From: Nemertoderma westbladi
Lineage: Eukaryota; Animalia; Xenacoelomorpha
DNA length: 64,000 nt
Assembly (NCBI GenBank): GCA_032718475.1
Contig: JAUCBJ010003342.1
Location: 1 to 64,000 of the forward strand
Reading direction: 5' to 3'
This document shows, piece by piece, positions 50,469-62,869 of this stretch. A program made the position numbers and the translations under genes. The notes under the pieces are model-generated. The model had not been told where the DNA came from. It searched no databases and saw only the letters and a program-made list of their open reading frames with translations. Positions within the stretch are counted from its first letter, which is position 1, and every line of letters begins with the position of its first letter.

Positions 50469-50801
50469 AATCATTCCATTCCCATCAACTGAAGTTGGGC
50501 ACCAACTTAGATCAACAGAAATCGCTTTACATTCATTGTACTCGAAGTCTTCATGGGTAAACGGGAGAACGCAATTCCTGAACGGTCTTGGGCCGGAATT
50601 GGTTCGACACTCTTCATCTTGAGTAAAAAGTTATCATTATACAGTATTACATTTTTCAAGCCCGATACTGTAAGACATATGATGAGTTTTTATTAAAAGT
50701 AGTTTTTTTATTTAATATATATGAACACAATGTAGAACAGAAGTAGTACTATAAAGATGTTTCCATTAAGTTTTCCACTACCTAATGATCTATTCAGTAT
50801 A

Positions 50802-51850
50802 GGGGGAGTTCGAGGAGGCACTTGAGAGGATGTTGGAGAGGCGTCAGCAGACTATCCGGAGAGCTGCCGAGTTTAAAACCGGCAGCTGGACGTCGACTCT
50901 CCCACTGACTGAACACCATTACGACCTGTCTCCACAGGAGTTCCGTGACGGTCTGGCAGTGCGGTACGGTAGACCCCTCCTGGGAGTGCCGAGCCGTTAT
51001 GACGGGTGCGGGACCGCGTTCGACCAGAACCATGGGTTGAACTGCAAGAAAGGGCGGCCTCGTGATCCAACGTCACAACGAGTTGCGGGACACCGTTGGC
51101 GACCTCGCTGGGCTCGCGTTCGGGCCGCGCAACGTCACGTTGGATCCCGTGGTGTGGGAGCAGCTGGAGGGGTGAGACGTGGCTGGGCTGCAGTGTGACG
51201 TGGGGGTGCGGGGCGCATTTAACATACAGACTCAGGCGTTGTTTGATATTCGATCAACCAATCTTGACGCCGGGTCGTATGTTAACCACACCTCCATGTC
51301 TGTGTTGGAATCCGTGGAAGACGAGAAGAAACGGCTTTATTTAGCAGCAGTAACTGCTCGGCGTGGAGACTTCTCGCCTTTCGTGGATTCCTGCGATGGT
51401 GTGTTGGCCCCGCAGGCGAACAGATTCCTGCGGATAATCGCGGACAGACTGCACCGCTTGTGGGGTAAGCCTTACTCGTCCGTCATGGGTTGGGTACGCT
51501 CGCGAGTGCTGTTTGCAGTTGTCCGTGGGACCTCCCACTGCCTGCGTGGGTCAGCACCAAGTGGCGCATTGGCCTGGGACTGGAGGATGGGGCTGGCCTA
51601 ACTTCACAGCCGTAGCCAGGTGGCTGGTCGGTTGGTTGGGTGTAGTTGTAGGTCTATAGGTTGGACGATATGTTTTACAGTTTAAATTTCTCACATCAAA
51701 TTTTAATTGTCTGTCTGTTATTTATATTGCATTTGATAGGTTGTTCTGGTGGTGGGGTTTTTAGAGATTTTTGATTAATAAACGGTGTTCATTTCAATAT
51801 AGGTATAAAGCATAGGTACTAACTACAGTAAAACATATGTGGGTACTCTT
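50802..51850 (+). mobile_element. 5'-truncated CRE-like non-LTR element (restriction-like endonuclease end)
   Basis: LSPQEFRDGLAVRYG, HGLNCKKGG, RHNELRD, DVGVRG, FDIR, EKKRLY, FSPFV; flanked by direct repeat TCTATTCAGTATA (50789-50801, 51851-51863). Confidence 0.85.
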
Positions 51851-51928
51851 TCTATTCAGTATAAAATTTATTTTCATGTTCAGCTCATTTTTGTTTGGTA
51901 AGATCCATTTTATGCAACATTAACTAAC

Positions 51929-52047
51929 CATCCACCTTTTTAGCTTCTTCACATACGAGTTTAATAGAGGTGATTGTGTTGATACCCAATTCATCTCCAT
52001 AGAAGCCTGGTAGTAACATTATGGGGGAACCTGTGTAGCTCACACCT
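51929..52047 (-). CDS. Host gene exon 4: beta/gamma-crystallin Greek-key motif
   Basis: cag/...G/gttagt; GVSYTGSPIMLLPGFYGDELGINTITSIKLV; phases 2-1 fit the neighbouring exons. Confidence 0.8.
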
Positions 52048-53102
52048 CTGGAATATAATTAACCGTGTAAGGGGACCATTACCTTTTCCATAATTTACAA
52101 AATTAGATTGATAGAAGGGCTTACATGTGGTTACATCGGTTTTCACCATTGATGATTTTTGACCACTAAACTCTACTTTCTACAACAGTATTTATGGCTG
52201 TTATTCATGACTATGTATAAAACAACCCTTTTTCAGTTTGTCGATTTTGACTTTTTCATCACTAAATTCCCAACTACTTGTTTATTTTTTACTCAATTGT
52301 CATCAAACCTATACTAAAATGTTCAGAACTTTGTAAAACATGGCCATCTGGATGTTCTGTCACTGAAGGGATATCTTTCATCATGGGGGTGAGAATATCG
52401 AAAGACCCTTATCCGATCCTTAGGTGCTTCCATAGTAGAATATCTACCTCCCTTCCAATTAAACTTCCGGTTTCGTTCAGGGACCCTGCTGTCAGACAAT
52501 TTGTACCAGTCGAGGATGTGTAGTATACCCCGGTAGCAGTGTCATCAAATAAGAATTTGACTTGCAATGTATTGAGAACTACTAGAACAATAACTACTAT
52601 TTCTCATCAATAGAAGTTACTGCACTTATGGTGCGAATAACGTAACCCAATAATACAGGTTAATATACAACAAAGTAATATAGGGTAAGGTGACATTTAA
52701 TATAGAAATGCACCTGAGAATAAACTATATATCAAACACCAACACATTAAATACGCCGCAATATAGGCAACAATCGTCACTAAACACTGACCGGTCTACT
52801 ATTAACACCTCAACTATGTACACTCCCAAAATGTCAGTTTACCATCTCAGCTGTGAGTACTGTTGTCAACTGTTACTTTGTAATGTATTACCCAGTCAGC
52901 TGAATAACTTTTCTCAGTGAATTCTATGGGAATATCTATTATTATTATTATCACAATTTAATTTAAAAAAGATTAATTAAAAAGCGCCACTAATTGAATG
53001 CCACCCCAAATTAGATGATTTAACACCAAAATAAATTATTTTGCACCAAATATATATTTTTGTAGCACCAATTCACATCCCCCAATTTTGAATATCCTTC
53101 TC

Positions 53103-53447
53103 ACCAAAAACAATTATTCATCCCCCAAAAACAATTATTCATCCCCCAAAAACAATTATTCATCCCCCAAAAACAATTATTCATCCCCCAAAAACAATTA
53201 TTGATTCCCCAAAAACAATTATTCATCCCTCAAAAACAATTATTCATCCCCCAAAAACCATTATTGATTCCCCAAAAACAATTATTCATCCCCCAAAAAC
53301 AATTATTGATTCCCCAAAAACAATTATCCATCCCCCAAAAACAATTATTCATCCCCCAAAAACAATTATTCATCCCACCAAAACAATTATTCTACCCCCA
53401 AAAACAATTATTCTACCCCCATAAACAATTATTCTACCCCCATAAAC
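53103..53447. repeat. 21-bp minisatellite, ~16 copies
   Basis: Unit CCAAAAACAATTATTCATCCC. Confidence 0.95.
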
Positions 53448-55497
53448 AAGCGAATAGGCCAAGCGAGTTTGTTGTTACAGGACATAAGGGGTGCTAATAG
53501 TTCTATATCTTGTGGAAAACTCAGCTAGTTTCAACTTTACCTTCCACATATTGTTGATAAACAGTATCTTAGTAAATTAAACGCAGTTAGATAACTAGCC
53601 AATGCCCCGAGTCTGGGCTTGTGCAGGACAGTGGTAATGCACAGGTTGAAAACTATAAGTCAGTCTTTGTTTGTAATAACTAATGGTTTTGCTGCAGGAA
53701 CTACATACAGCTGAACAAGTGAGGTACAATATGATGTAGAATGGTCTAACGTAGAATAATACTATACTATATAGGAGTTCTATCAGGACCGCTGGATACG
53801 GTAATGCATGTGTCAAACCCTCTAGGCTCTGATTGGCTGCTATGAGTAGCTACAAATTGGCTGTGTAACAGTGACAATATATGACTAATCAATGTTTGGG
53901 TAATCTAATCTCCAGCATTCCCTCAAATATACAAATATTTGTATCTAATATCTGTATACAAATATACAATATTATAATATTCTTAGGTTCCGCATCCCTA
54001 CCACCCCCCCGCCCCCCCTCCCCCTCCCTCCCCCTCCACCACCCCCCACCCTAGGTAGATAGTTACTTACTAGCGTTGCTATAAAACTATCTCCCTACCA
54101 CTTTATATTATACAGAAATTATGGTGTTATCTTATTATTGTTTGTGAATTTATTTTGTGGAAAATAAACTTATCTTATCTTATCTTACAGTATTAGAGAT
54201 TGTTAGCGACTAGTCCCTGTACAACTCTATGCACAATGTGTAAACAATATAACACAGTTACTGTATGGCATTGGCATAGCTTGCGCAACATGTGATTGTG
54301 GCTGGTTTGGCCGCTAGCCCTTAATTGCTATATTGACTTTATTAGGTAGCAAATCGCTTATTGGTGGGTGAGAATAACTGCCGTAAAATGGATGGTGGCT
54401 AATACGGCGGCATATTGGTTTCTGAAGTGGTGAAGTGCTTATAGGGATAATCCCGTAACAATGGTTGAATCGTTAATTCTATCTATGTGCTGCATGAGTG
54501 GAGCGTTGTTGCTGTTGCTGGTACTAACTAGAAAGGTGGATATTTAAACTATAATTATCATTTATAAAATCAAGGGTGTTGCGGCATTGGGGTTCAATTG
54601 AATTATATTGGCCATTGATAGGACAGTTTAGTACTTCAGCAATAAATATTTTGTACTGCAGTAATAACTATTTACATACTTGTGTGTAAAGTAGCACTTT
54701 ACAGTGTGATAATCCGAGTGGCTTTTTACACGAACGAACGTTAGAGAGTGAGTGAAAATAAAGCCACGAGGAACAGAACACTGTAAAGTACTTTGCAACA
54801 AGTATGTATGTAGTTTTATTCAAAAATTTTAACATTACGAAATGATAGTACATATACATTATAAGTGATAGAAACTGCACAAATTATATTAGTGGCTGTA
54901 TAAATAATTTAAAAAATGACAAATTATGTTATAAATAAGTTAGCTTATATTTATGGTGGCGTGTGGAGCCATGTTACTGTATAATAATATAGCTAGGCCC
55001 TACTGGTTATTAATAGCTATACCCCGCCTACCGGTAGGTATTGCAGTAGGCCTATCTGGCTGTCAGGCAAATTTCCACCTATTGTTAACCATGACGGCGT
55101 TAAGTAATGTCCACTAGGGTATTACTTAACGCCGTCATGGTTATCATGCAAACAATAACACCAAATACAATACTAAATGTACAGGCCAATACAATGCTGT
55201 AATGTCCTCTAAAGTTGTAAAGTGCTAAATAACAACTCGCTGTTAATACTAACGGCGTTGAGTAATGTTACAATTTTGGAATAATAATTATTTGTTATGC
55301 AGTAATAATTATTTGTTACTGTGTAATAATAATTATTTGTTACTGCAGTAATAATTATTTGTTACTGCAGTAACTAACAATTATGCACTAACTAAAGTTA
55401 CATTTGGAAGACAATGATGGTGACAGACACCATTATCAGTGATTAATTGGAAATTACTCCATAATCCAATAAATATATAGTAGGCCTAAATACGTAC

Positions 55498-55645
55498 CCA
55501 TAGAGTCTCCAGGAGAATTTTCCAGTTATGATGATGGACTTTGTAAAAACAGTAAAATCATCGGCAAGATTACTTATGCTGCATCTGGAGGAAGCGGCTT
55601 TGTCAACTCTATCAGTTGGGGGGATGCACGTTTCGTAAGAGAGAC
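55498..55645 (-). CDS. Host gene exon 3
   Basis: aag/GT...GG/gtacgt; open frame LSYETCIPP...SIIITGKFSWRLYG; phases 1-2 fit. Confidence 0.75.
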
Positions 55646-56088
55646 CTTAAATAAATTAAGTTGAACTTTACAGAAAATAAAGCCCTCATTTGCGGTCTAT
55701 AAAGCAATTATCCAATCAATCTCCAAAAATGCGGATAATAAAATATTTAACCAATCAAATAATGTTCTAGAAGTTTATTCTGCTGATTTCTCATTATTTA
55801 TTCTAGATCAGTAATTACGATGGTAATTATTAATAAATTTAGCATTAAAATGTTTAGTTGTATGATATTTTCCTCCTGTAAATGTTCTGGAATATCAACT
55901 TCACTCACAAACCAAAACTATTATATTGTAGCTTGTATTAATTAATTACCCATTTGTGAAAAAATTACCGCCAACTTACTATAACCTTGCAACGTTAAAC
56001 CTCCCAATTCCATTGTGCTACATTGGACAATTATTTACATTATTGTTTATGTTAAATAATCAAGATGTAATTTAATACTGGGCCTGAC

Positions 56089-56246
56089 CTGTATAGAACG
56101 TTCCATTAAACAGAGTCATTCCGTTTCCAAGAACGAGTTTCAAGGAACTGAGTGTATCGGCCGAATTCGGTAGTTGACTAGTTGAGTAGTCACCTGGCTG
56201 TGCTATGTCTATAGCACCATCGAAGTTGTCAGTGTACAAAATCCAG
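56089..56246 (-). CDS. Host gene exon 2: beta/gamma-crystallin motifs
   Basis: tag/C...G/gtcagg; WILYTDNFDG...PGDY...ADTLSSLKLV...TLFNGTFYTG. Confidence 0.85.
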
Positions 56247-56337
56247 CTACAAATTATAATTATACTACAATTATGTGTATTATCAAGTAATTTTTCAATA
56301 ATAATTATCAATAAGTATATTATCAGTACTTGTTTAT

Positions 56338-56723
56338 TAGAAGACCGTAAGGGCTAATTGCTGTACAATCACACTTTTTTTTCAAAATCAGTTCTCGGGA
56401 TATCATCGAATTACTTTTAATTAGATGCTTTTAAATAGATCTCGGACATACAAGGTATCAGATAGTATCTCCAGGTCTATTTTTTACCTGAGCCGCTAGC
56501 TGAATGGTTAGAGCGTCAGACTTCCAACTCGGAGGTAACCAGTTCGATCCCACCTGGACGTCATTGCCGACTTTGCAAAAGCTGTGCCCAACAAAAAGTT
56601 ATTTTAAAAATTTAAAATTACCGTTAGGGCTTACTTGTTGAGAGGTATATGAGCCGCTATAACTCTCTCAAACTGCTATAACTCTGTCAAACTGTCCTGA
56701 TCTTAGGGCCTGATGGTCTTCTA
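56338..56723. mobile_element. Small element with imperfect inverted ends and an internal tRNA-like sequence
   Basis: TAGAAGACCGTAAGGGCTAA versus reverse-complemented end TAGAAGACCATCAGGCCCTAA; TAGCTGAATGG...GTTCGATCCC at about 56495-56552. Confidence 0.5.
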
Positions 56724-57216
56724 GCCATCTTGCTGGCTCTCTAGTAAATAATTTTATGACAATTTTAATACTGTATAAGACTCTGCACTATAATCGAGTT
56801 TTATTGGTGTTGTAAGGGTCTAAGCCACGATTCTAAGTAAAACAAATTCCTTTTTATCATATGGCCATTTCGTGTCTTAACACACGTCTTCAGTGATATA
56901 AATACAGTATATATTAAAATGTTTACATAATTTACATATTAAAATAAGTACGTACGCGGTTAAATTTAATTGAATAATATACTGTAAAAGATACTAATTT
57001 ACGAGGCTATCGTACTGTATATGCCTGGTTACGAGGGTACTATTAAATAATTAAAATAAATAAAATTATGAGCAGTGGTAAAAAGAGAGATTAGGCTGAC
57101 ATGGAGGATAGATTAAATTAAAATAGGTAAGTAAAATAAAGTTAAAAATATAATTGTATGATACTTTATAAATCGATAAAATGCGAAGTGTGGCTAAGGA
57201 TAGGCTAGGTAGACCA

Positions 57217-57764
57217 GGCTAGGTAGATACAATTAATTAAGCTAAAATAAGTAAAAATAAATAAAAAGATATACGGCGATTTAGGTATGGATGGCTAGGT
57301 AGATACAATTAATTAAGTTAAAATAAGTAAAAATAAATAAAAAGATATACGCGATTTAGGTATGGATGGCTAGGTAGATACAATTAATTAAGTTAAAATA
57401 AGTAAAAATAAATAAAAATATATACGGCGATTTAGGTATGGATGGCTTGGTAGATACAATTAATTAAGTTAAAATAAGTAAAAATAAATAAAAATATATA
57501 CGCGATTTAGGTATGGATGGCTAGGTAGATACAATTAATTAAGTTAAAATAAGTAAAAATAAATAAAAATATATACGGCGATTTAGGTATGGATGGTTAG
57601 GGAGATACAATTAATTAAGTTAAAATAAGTAAAAATAAATAAAAATATATACGCGATTTAGGTATGGATGGCTAGGTAGATACAATTAATTAAGTTAAAA
57701 TAAGTAAAAATAAATAAAAAGATATACGGCGATTTAGGTATGGATGGCTAGGGAGATACAATTA
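57217..57764. repeat. ~75-bp tandem repeat, ~7 copies
   Basis: Unit GGCTAGGTAGATACAATTAATTAAGTTAAAATAAG...GATTTAGGTATGGAT. Confidence 0.95.
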
Positions 57765-58029
57765 AATAAAATGAAATAAAGTTGAAATTAAATGAAATAA
57801 ATTTAAATTATTTAAAACATGACCAGATAATCGATAAATTTCATAAAATGAGATAAAGTTGATAGATGACACCACAATGCTGGAATAAATTACTGCAGGT
57901 CTATCAGCTGTTGAAACGAGCCGCATACAATAATAAAATATATAATATAACACCACCATCGAAGGTACGCTAATGTTATACAAATTGAATTGAGTTACAA
58001 AAAGCAGAATGATTTAGTATAATGGTGGA

Positions 58030-58860
58030 ATAACTTTGTTGAGGGGAGGGCGGTGTAGATTAATAAGGATGGCTTCAGTGTGAATACGCCGGTGGTGATT
58101 ACGAAATTGCTGTACGCAGGTAACAGTATATTTCCGACACTCGGCGAAGTGTTCCAGAAGGATGACTTCTGGGTTGCTGGTCACCACGTTCGGTTTGTTG
58201 GGTTTAGGAGGGGCATTTAGGGACTTCCGATATTCTTGGATATTCTCCCGGTGCTTGTTGAGTCGTTTGTGGAGGTGCTGCTCAGTTCGGCCGAGGTAGT
58301 ACTGGGGCGGGTGTTCATTGCACGTTATTATATGTATAAATCATTATGGGCCTTACAGTTGAACCGGCCTCGAATACGGTCTCCCCATGGTGTGTGTGAG
58401 AGGTCGTTAATCACTGGGCATGTTAGACACCGAGATTGACCACACGGGTGGTTGCCAAGTGCTAGGGTTGGTTCTCGTTTTCGTATAAGTAATTTACCCA
58501 AACTAGGTTCGTTACGTGGTATCGAAAGCCCGTGGGCGTGAAGGCGTTTGTTATGCCTACTGGTAACCGCGTTGAGTGAGGGAAGGAATTGTGGCGTGGT
58601 TGGTAAATACACGATTTGATCGCTAGGTGGCGCAGGTAGTATTTTAGGCCGTTTTATTGGGGGGAGGGCAGGTGATGGGTCCCATGCGTACATAGTTAGA
58701 AGGAAGTTAAGGGGATAGCCACGCAATTTACATTTGTCCAAGTATTGGTGCCTGTAGATCCTAAAAACTGAATGCGAGTCAGTCACACGCCGAATTCGAA
58801 GAACTTCGGATTTCACAATAGCCAGAAGGGCCGGTTTATGGTGGAAGCTGGCGTATGCTC
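58030..58860 (-). mobile_element. Penelope-like element fragment (RT thumb end + GIY-YIG endonuclease)
   Basis: SFHHK...SEVLRIRR, LRGYP, PCGQSRCLTC, FNCKAHNDLYI, then (frameshifted) YYLGRTEQHLHKRLNKH, EAILI...PSLN. Confidence 0.85.
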
Positions 58861-59244
58861 TGCACTATGGTACTGACAAACACCAGGCACAGTCACTCAT
58901 CTATGGCATTCTAAAAACGTATATTCGTCATAGGAAATGTTTAACACTAGTTGGCAAAGCCGGTGATTCTAGTTTTACCATGACCTATTTTTATTTCTTT
59001 CATTTTGTTGCCAAATTTTCCTAACATATATTAAATTGTATGAAACCAATATGAATCTATTCTAGAATGCATTGTAACAGAACCGAAATCCTGAATATGT
59101 AAAGTCTATGACAACTTAATTATCCTATTCTTCTAATAAACCCTATATTAGAGAGCGGGTTTCAAATTAAATGGTTGGTTGATATTTGATTTGGATATTG
59201 TTCTAAAATAAACATTGTTTCAAGTGGATCACATTTATACTAAC

Positions 59245-59477
59245 GTTCCACACACGACTCTTACAGAAGAGACAACGTCATTCATTCCGTCGGATGATAA
59301 CTGGGTGGAGTCAGTCGTCATTGAGTACTCTTTGGATATGCCTGACTGGTCATCGTCCTGGTACAACCAAATCTCAGGTATGCAGCCTGAGATTTCCTCA
59401 CAATAGGCTGGAGTGCTCGACCAGACCACTAGAGTGATCCCCCCGACGACCCCCAACATAAAGGTACCTAAATGCAT
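59245..59477 (-). CDS. Host gene first coding exon: signal peptide + first crystallin motif
   Basis: MHLGTFMLGVVGGITLVVWSSTPAYC; IWLYQDDDQSG...MNDVVSSVRVVCGT; donor gttagt at 59244; acceptor near 59495. Confidence 0.85.
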
Positions 59478-62269
59478 TGTAGATCCAGCAGACCCTAGCA
59501 ATATATATTATCTAGTTGTCTAATTATCTAAATAAATCCACAAATGCAAACATATAATTTGTTTTAATTGGTATAATACACGTTTATGCTTCTCAGTGTA
59601 TATTGTTTATACTGCTCTACTACACTGCTAACTAACTAGTGGTTGTTATTCCACATATTATGAGGGCAATGCATGCCAATGGTGATGATCGGATGTGTGC
59701 ACTGTGCATGAGTATAGATTTTACTCAGGAAGAGCATACTCCGTATGGGTTAACATATTTATGTTAGGTAATATAATTAGATTTATGTTGGGTAATTAGG
59801 CGATGGGATGATGTGTCTTGCTGTTATATATTGATCATTTTCCTCATATTATTTCTAGGAAAAAGCTTATTAATCTGTTAATGTAAAATCAGCAGTAAGT
59901 AGATCAGTTGTGTAATGTGAAGACTGCTTGGCGCCTATTTCTATTGTACTGCTGCACTAACTGCGGTTCTGTTAATGGATGATTTGGTCTTCGGTATTTT
60001 GAATTTAACAACACTTTTAATACATTTTTAATTTGTTTGGATAATTATTATGGGCGAATGTATTATATGCGGAACCCACGAAACGAGATCGCCCCGGACG
60101 CCTGTGCCGACGCTGCAAAGATGCCTCAACAACATCGTTGTCACATTCCCAACCTAGTGTTAATTATGCGAAACAAACGGGACCGCGTAATGTCCGATCA
60201 CCATCCAACACCCCTTTGGCACCACACTCGCCACGCCCCCTACTATCAACGATGAATTATGATGTTCAACAATCCAGCGATGACGAACGCCCCCCACCAT
60301 AATGGGCATATTTTCAGTGATACACCAGTCAGACAGGTAGCCATTGCATATTTCACCCCCCAACGCTACTTATATTAATTTAACTTCTGTATCTATAACT
60401 AACTATGCATTGCTATGGTTTTTTATGTTTTTTTATTTATTTTATTTTGTATCCACTGTAACTATTGTTTGTGACTGTTGTTTGTGACGTGTACATATTT
60501 TTAATTTTTTATTTAAAGATCCGTTTTTAGTTATATTTTTGCCCTAATTGTGTGTTTATTATACTTTCTATTGAATACTTTTAAATAATGTACCTGTCCT
60601 GTATAAATATGTGTTTTATCTGTTTTTAGCGTATATAATAATCTTAATTGATTTCCAAATTGACTTTTAAAATGTGTTTTATTTGCCATTGTAAAGACCT
60701 ATATAATATATGTACAGTAGGCTCTAGTAATTTTTGTGGTAGCTAGTAATTAATATATATTGGTTGGATGCGTGGGGTGTGGTGGGTTGGGGGAATAGGG
60801 CGGGTTTCAGGTGTGGGGTGGTGGGTTTGAGGTGTGGGATGTTTGGTTGACAGTTTGGGGTGTTTGGTTGGAGGTGTAGGATGGTGGGCTGGAAGTATGT
60901 GACAAATGCTTCCAATGGCATGGTGGGTTGGCGGAGGTGTCTCGTGTCCGAGAAGCCCAATAAACGGAAAAGCTCAAAAACTGCAGCCTTTTCATTTTCT
61001 GGGGAGGTTTATTTCATTTTTTTTATTTACTAGCCAGTTACTTGACTAGCTAAATTTTCTAAACAGACCACCCCAGTAAAAGAAAAATCTCAGTATAGTA
61101 GCTTTTTCGTTTACTGGGGTGGTCAATTTCTTGTAATTGCGACCATCATACTCATATTTTTATTTAGTAGGTAGTTACTAGCTAAATTTGACTAGCTATA
61201 TTTGCTTCACAAACGCTTTATTACACGATTGTTCAAAGAAATTTCACTGGAAATGAGGTAAAAACGAGCCTTAACATTTTCAACAGACAACCCCAGTTAC
61301 CGAAAAAGCGCCCAAAGATCTTTACTGACATAATCACATGAGGGTGCCGTCCAATCTTAGAAGCTTTATTCGCAACACTATTTTTGTCCGACTACACTGT
61401 GAACAAATGATACTTTTATCACACGAACATTTTGGAAACCCAAACATGATAAATTCATTCTTGTCATTTATTTCTCAGAATAAACGGTATCTAAGTATAA
61501 TACATATATTTTATACAATCTACTCACAGATTTAAGAAATATGCATATAATTTGAAAGGCAATGTAAAAATAATTTTACTACCCGCCAGGAATATAAAAA
61601 ATCACGAATTTTGTGAGCATTAAAAGCCTTTTATTCAAACAATTAGACTGGTATTTAGCATACATTTTTTCCGATGCACACAAAACTTGAGTCCCTTCCA
61701 TTGCCTTACAATACGCTAATAATATGCATATTTTTTATGCGATTTTCACGTGATGCACTATATTTTACAATTCCATACTCATATTTGAGTAAATCAATTG
61801 TAGATGAATGACTCCATTGAATTTTTGTAATTGCAGGTTGTATTTTAGATTTTTTTACTCTACATTATTTGGAGGCAGGTGCGAAGTTAGACCCATTTTT
61901 ATTATCAGAGACTTGACAACTGACCCTAACCAAGGACCAACACGAAACACAGACAGTATGACACCGTCAACTGACCCTAACCAAGGACCCAAATGAAACA
62001 CTGCCAAAATTTAAAAACAAATTTTAGCTATATACCAAATAATTACTAGCTAACCAGACCATAATACATCACTGCCACTACAGTATGTAGGGAATGGCCA
62101 ATTCTGCTCAGCCTACTTGAGTAATAAAATGGATCCAATTCCGCACCTTCCAAATTATTTGACAATTATTAATTGAACGAAAAAAATGTTGTTTGTTTGT
62201 TCAAAATTTAATAAAAGTGTGTTATTCCACTGTAAATCAATAAACTGAATTTCTTTACCTATTTTTCAG

Positions 62270-62400
62270 AACTGACGACTGTATTAGAGGAAATAGTAAA
62301 TGAGATGATCAAGCAACACAAACCAATGATGAATGAAATCAAGAATCTAGGTGAAAAAATGAACGACATGCATGAGGATGTGAAAAAGCTACTGGAAAAG
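62270..62400 (+). other. Possible isolated coding exon (coiled-coil-like)
   Basis: ttttcag acceptor, open frame LTTVLEEIVNEMIK...KLLEK, AAG/gtaaac donor; no partner exons found. Confidence 0.35.
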
Positions 62401-62869
62401 GTAAACAGCTCTACATATCACCAAGTTTTCAGCCTCATCATAATGGCAGTGATAGGCTACCAAAGCAATACTCTTGGCTCTGCGTATTGAAAAAAAATGG
62501 GTTGATCCATGACCTTTTCAATAATTAATATTGTGGTAATATTGAAGCTAAAAGATGGAAGATGACACTGTTTGGAGAGCCAATGCGATAGTGATATGCA
62601 TAGTGGGTGTCCCGTCCCAGGCCATGTTCCATATTTGGAACAATACTTTAATGTGGACGAATATGGTTCCAATTTGTTCCATATATGAAATGTTCCATAT
62701 TTAGAACTGTGGCGTTCAGAACATTCCAGAACATGTACACACCAATTTAAGCAATTATCAGCATTGGTGCTGGAATATTCCGGAACAAAACAATTCCAGC
62801 AAAAATCATAATGTTCTGCAACACTCTGTAACATCTGACTGCCAAAGAGAACTTTGTTTCAAGAGAATA

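Noticed and set aside
52278-52580. Additional host exon or ORF
   Set aside because: No recognisable domain, an in-frame stop on the minus strand, and exons 3 and 4 already join in phase.
53201-53497. IPQKQLF repeat ORF
   Set aside because: Translation of the 21-bp minisatellite.
60037-60363. Short GC-richer ORFs
   Set aside because: Probably a decayed retroelement fragment; no motif I can support.
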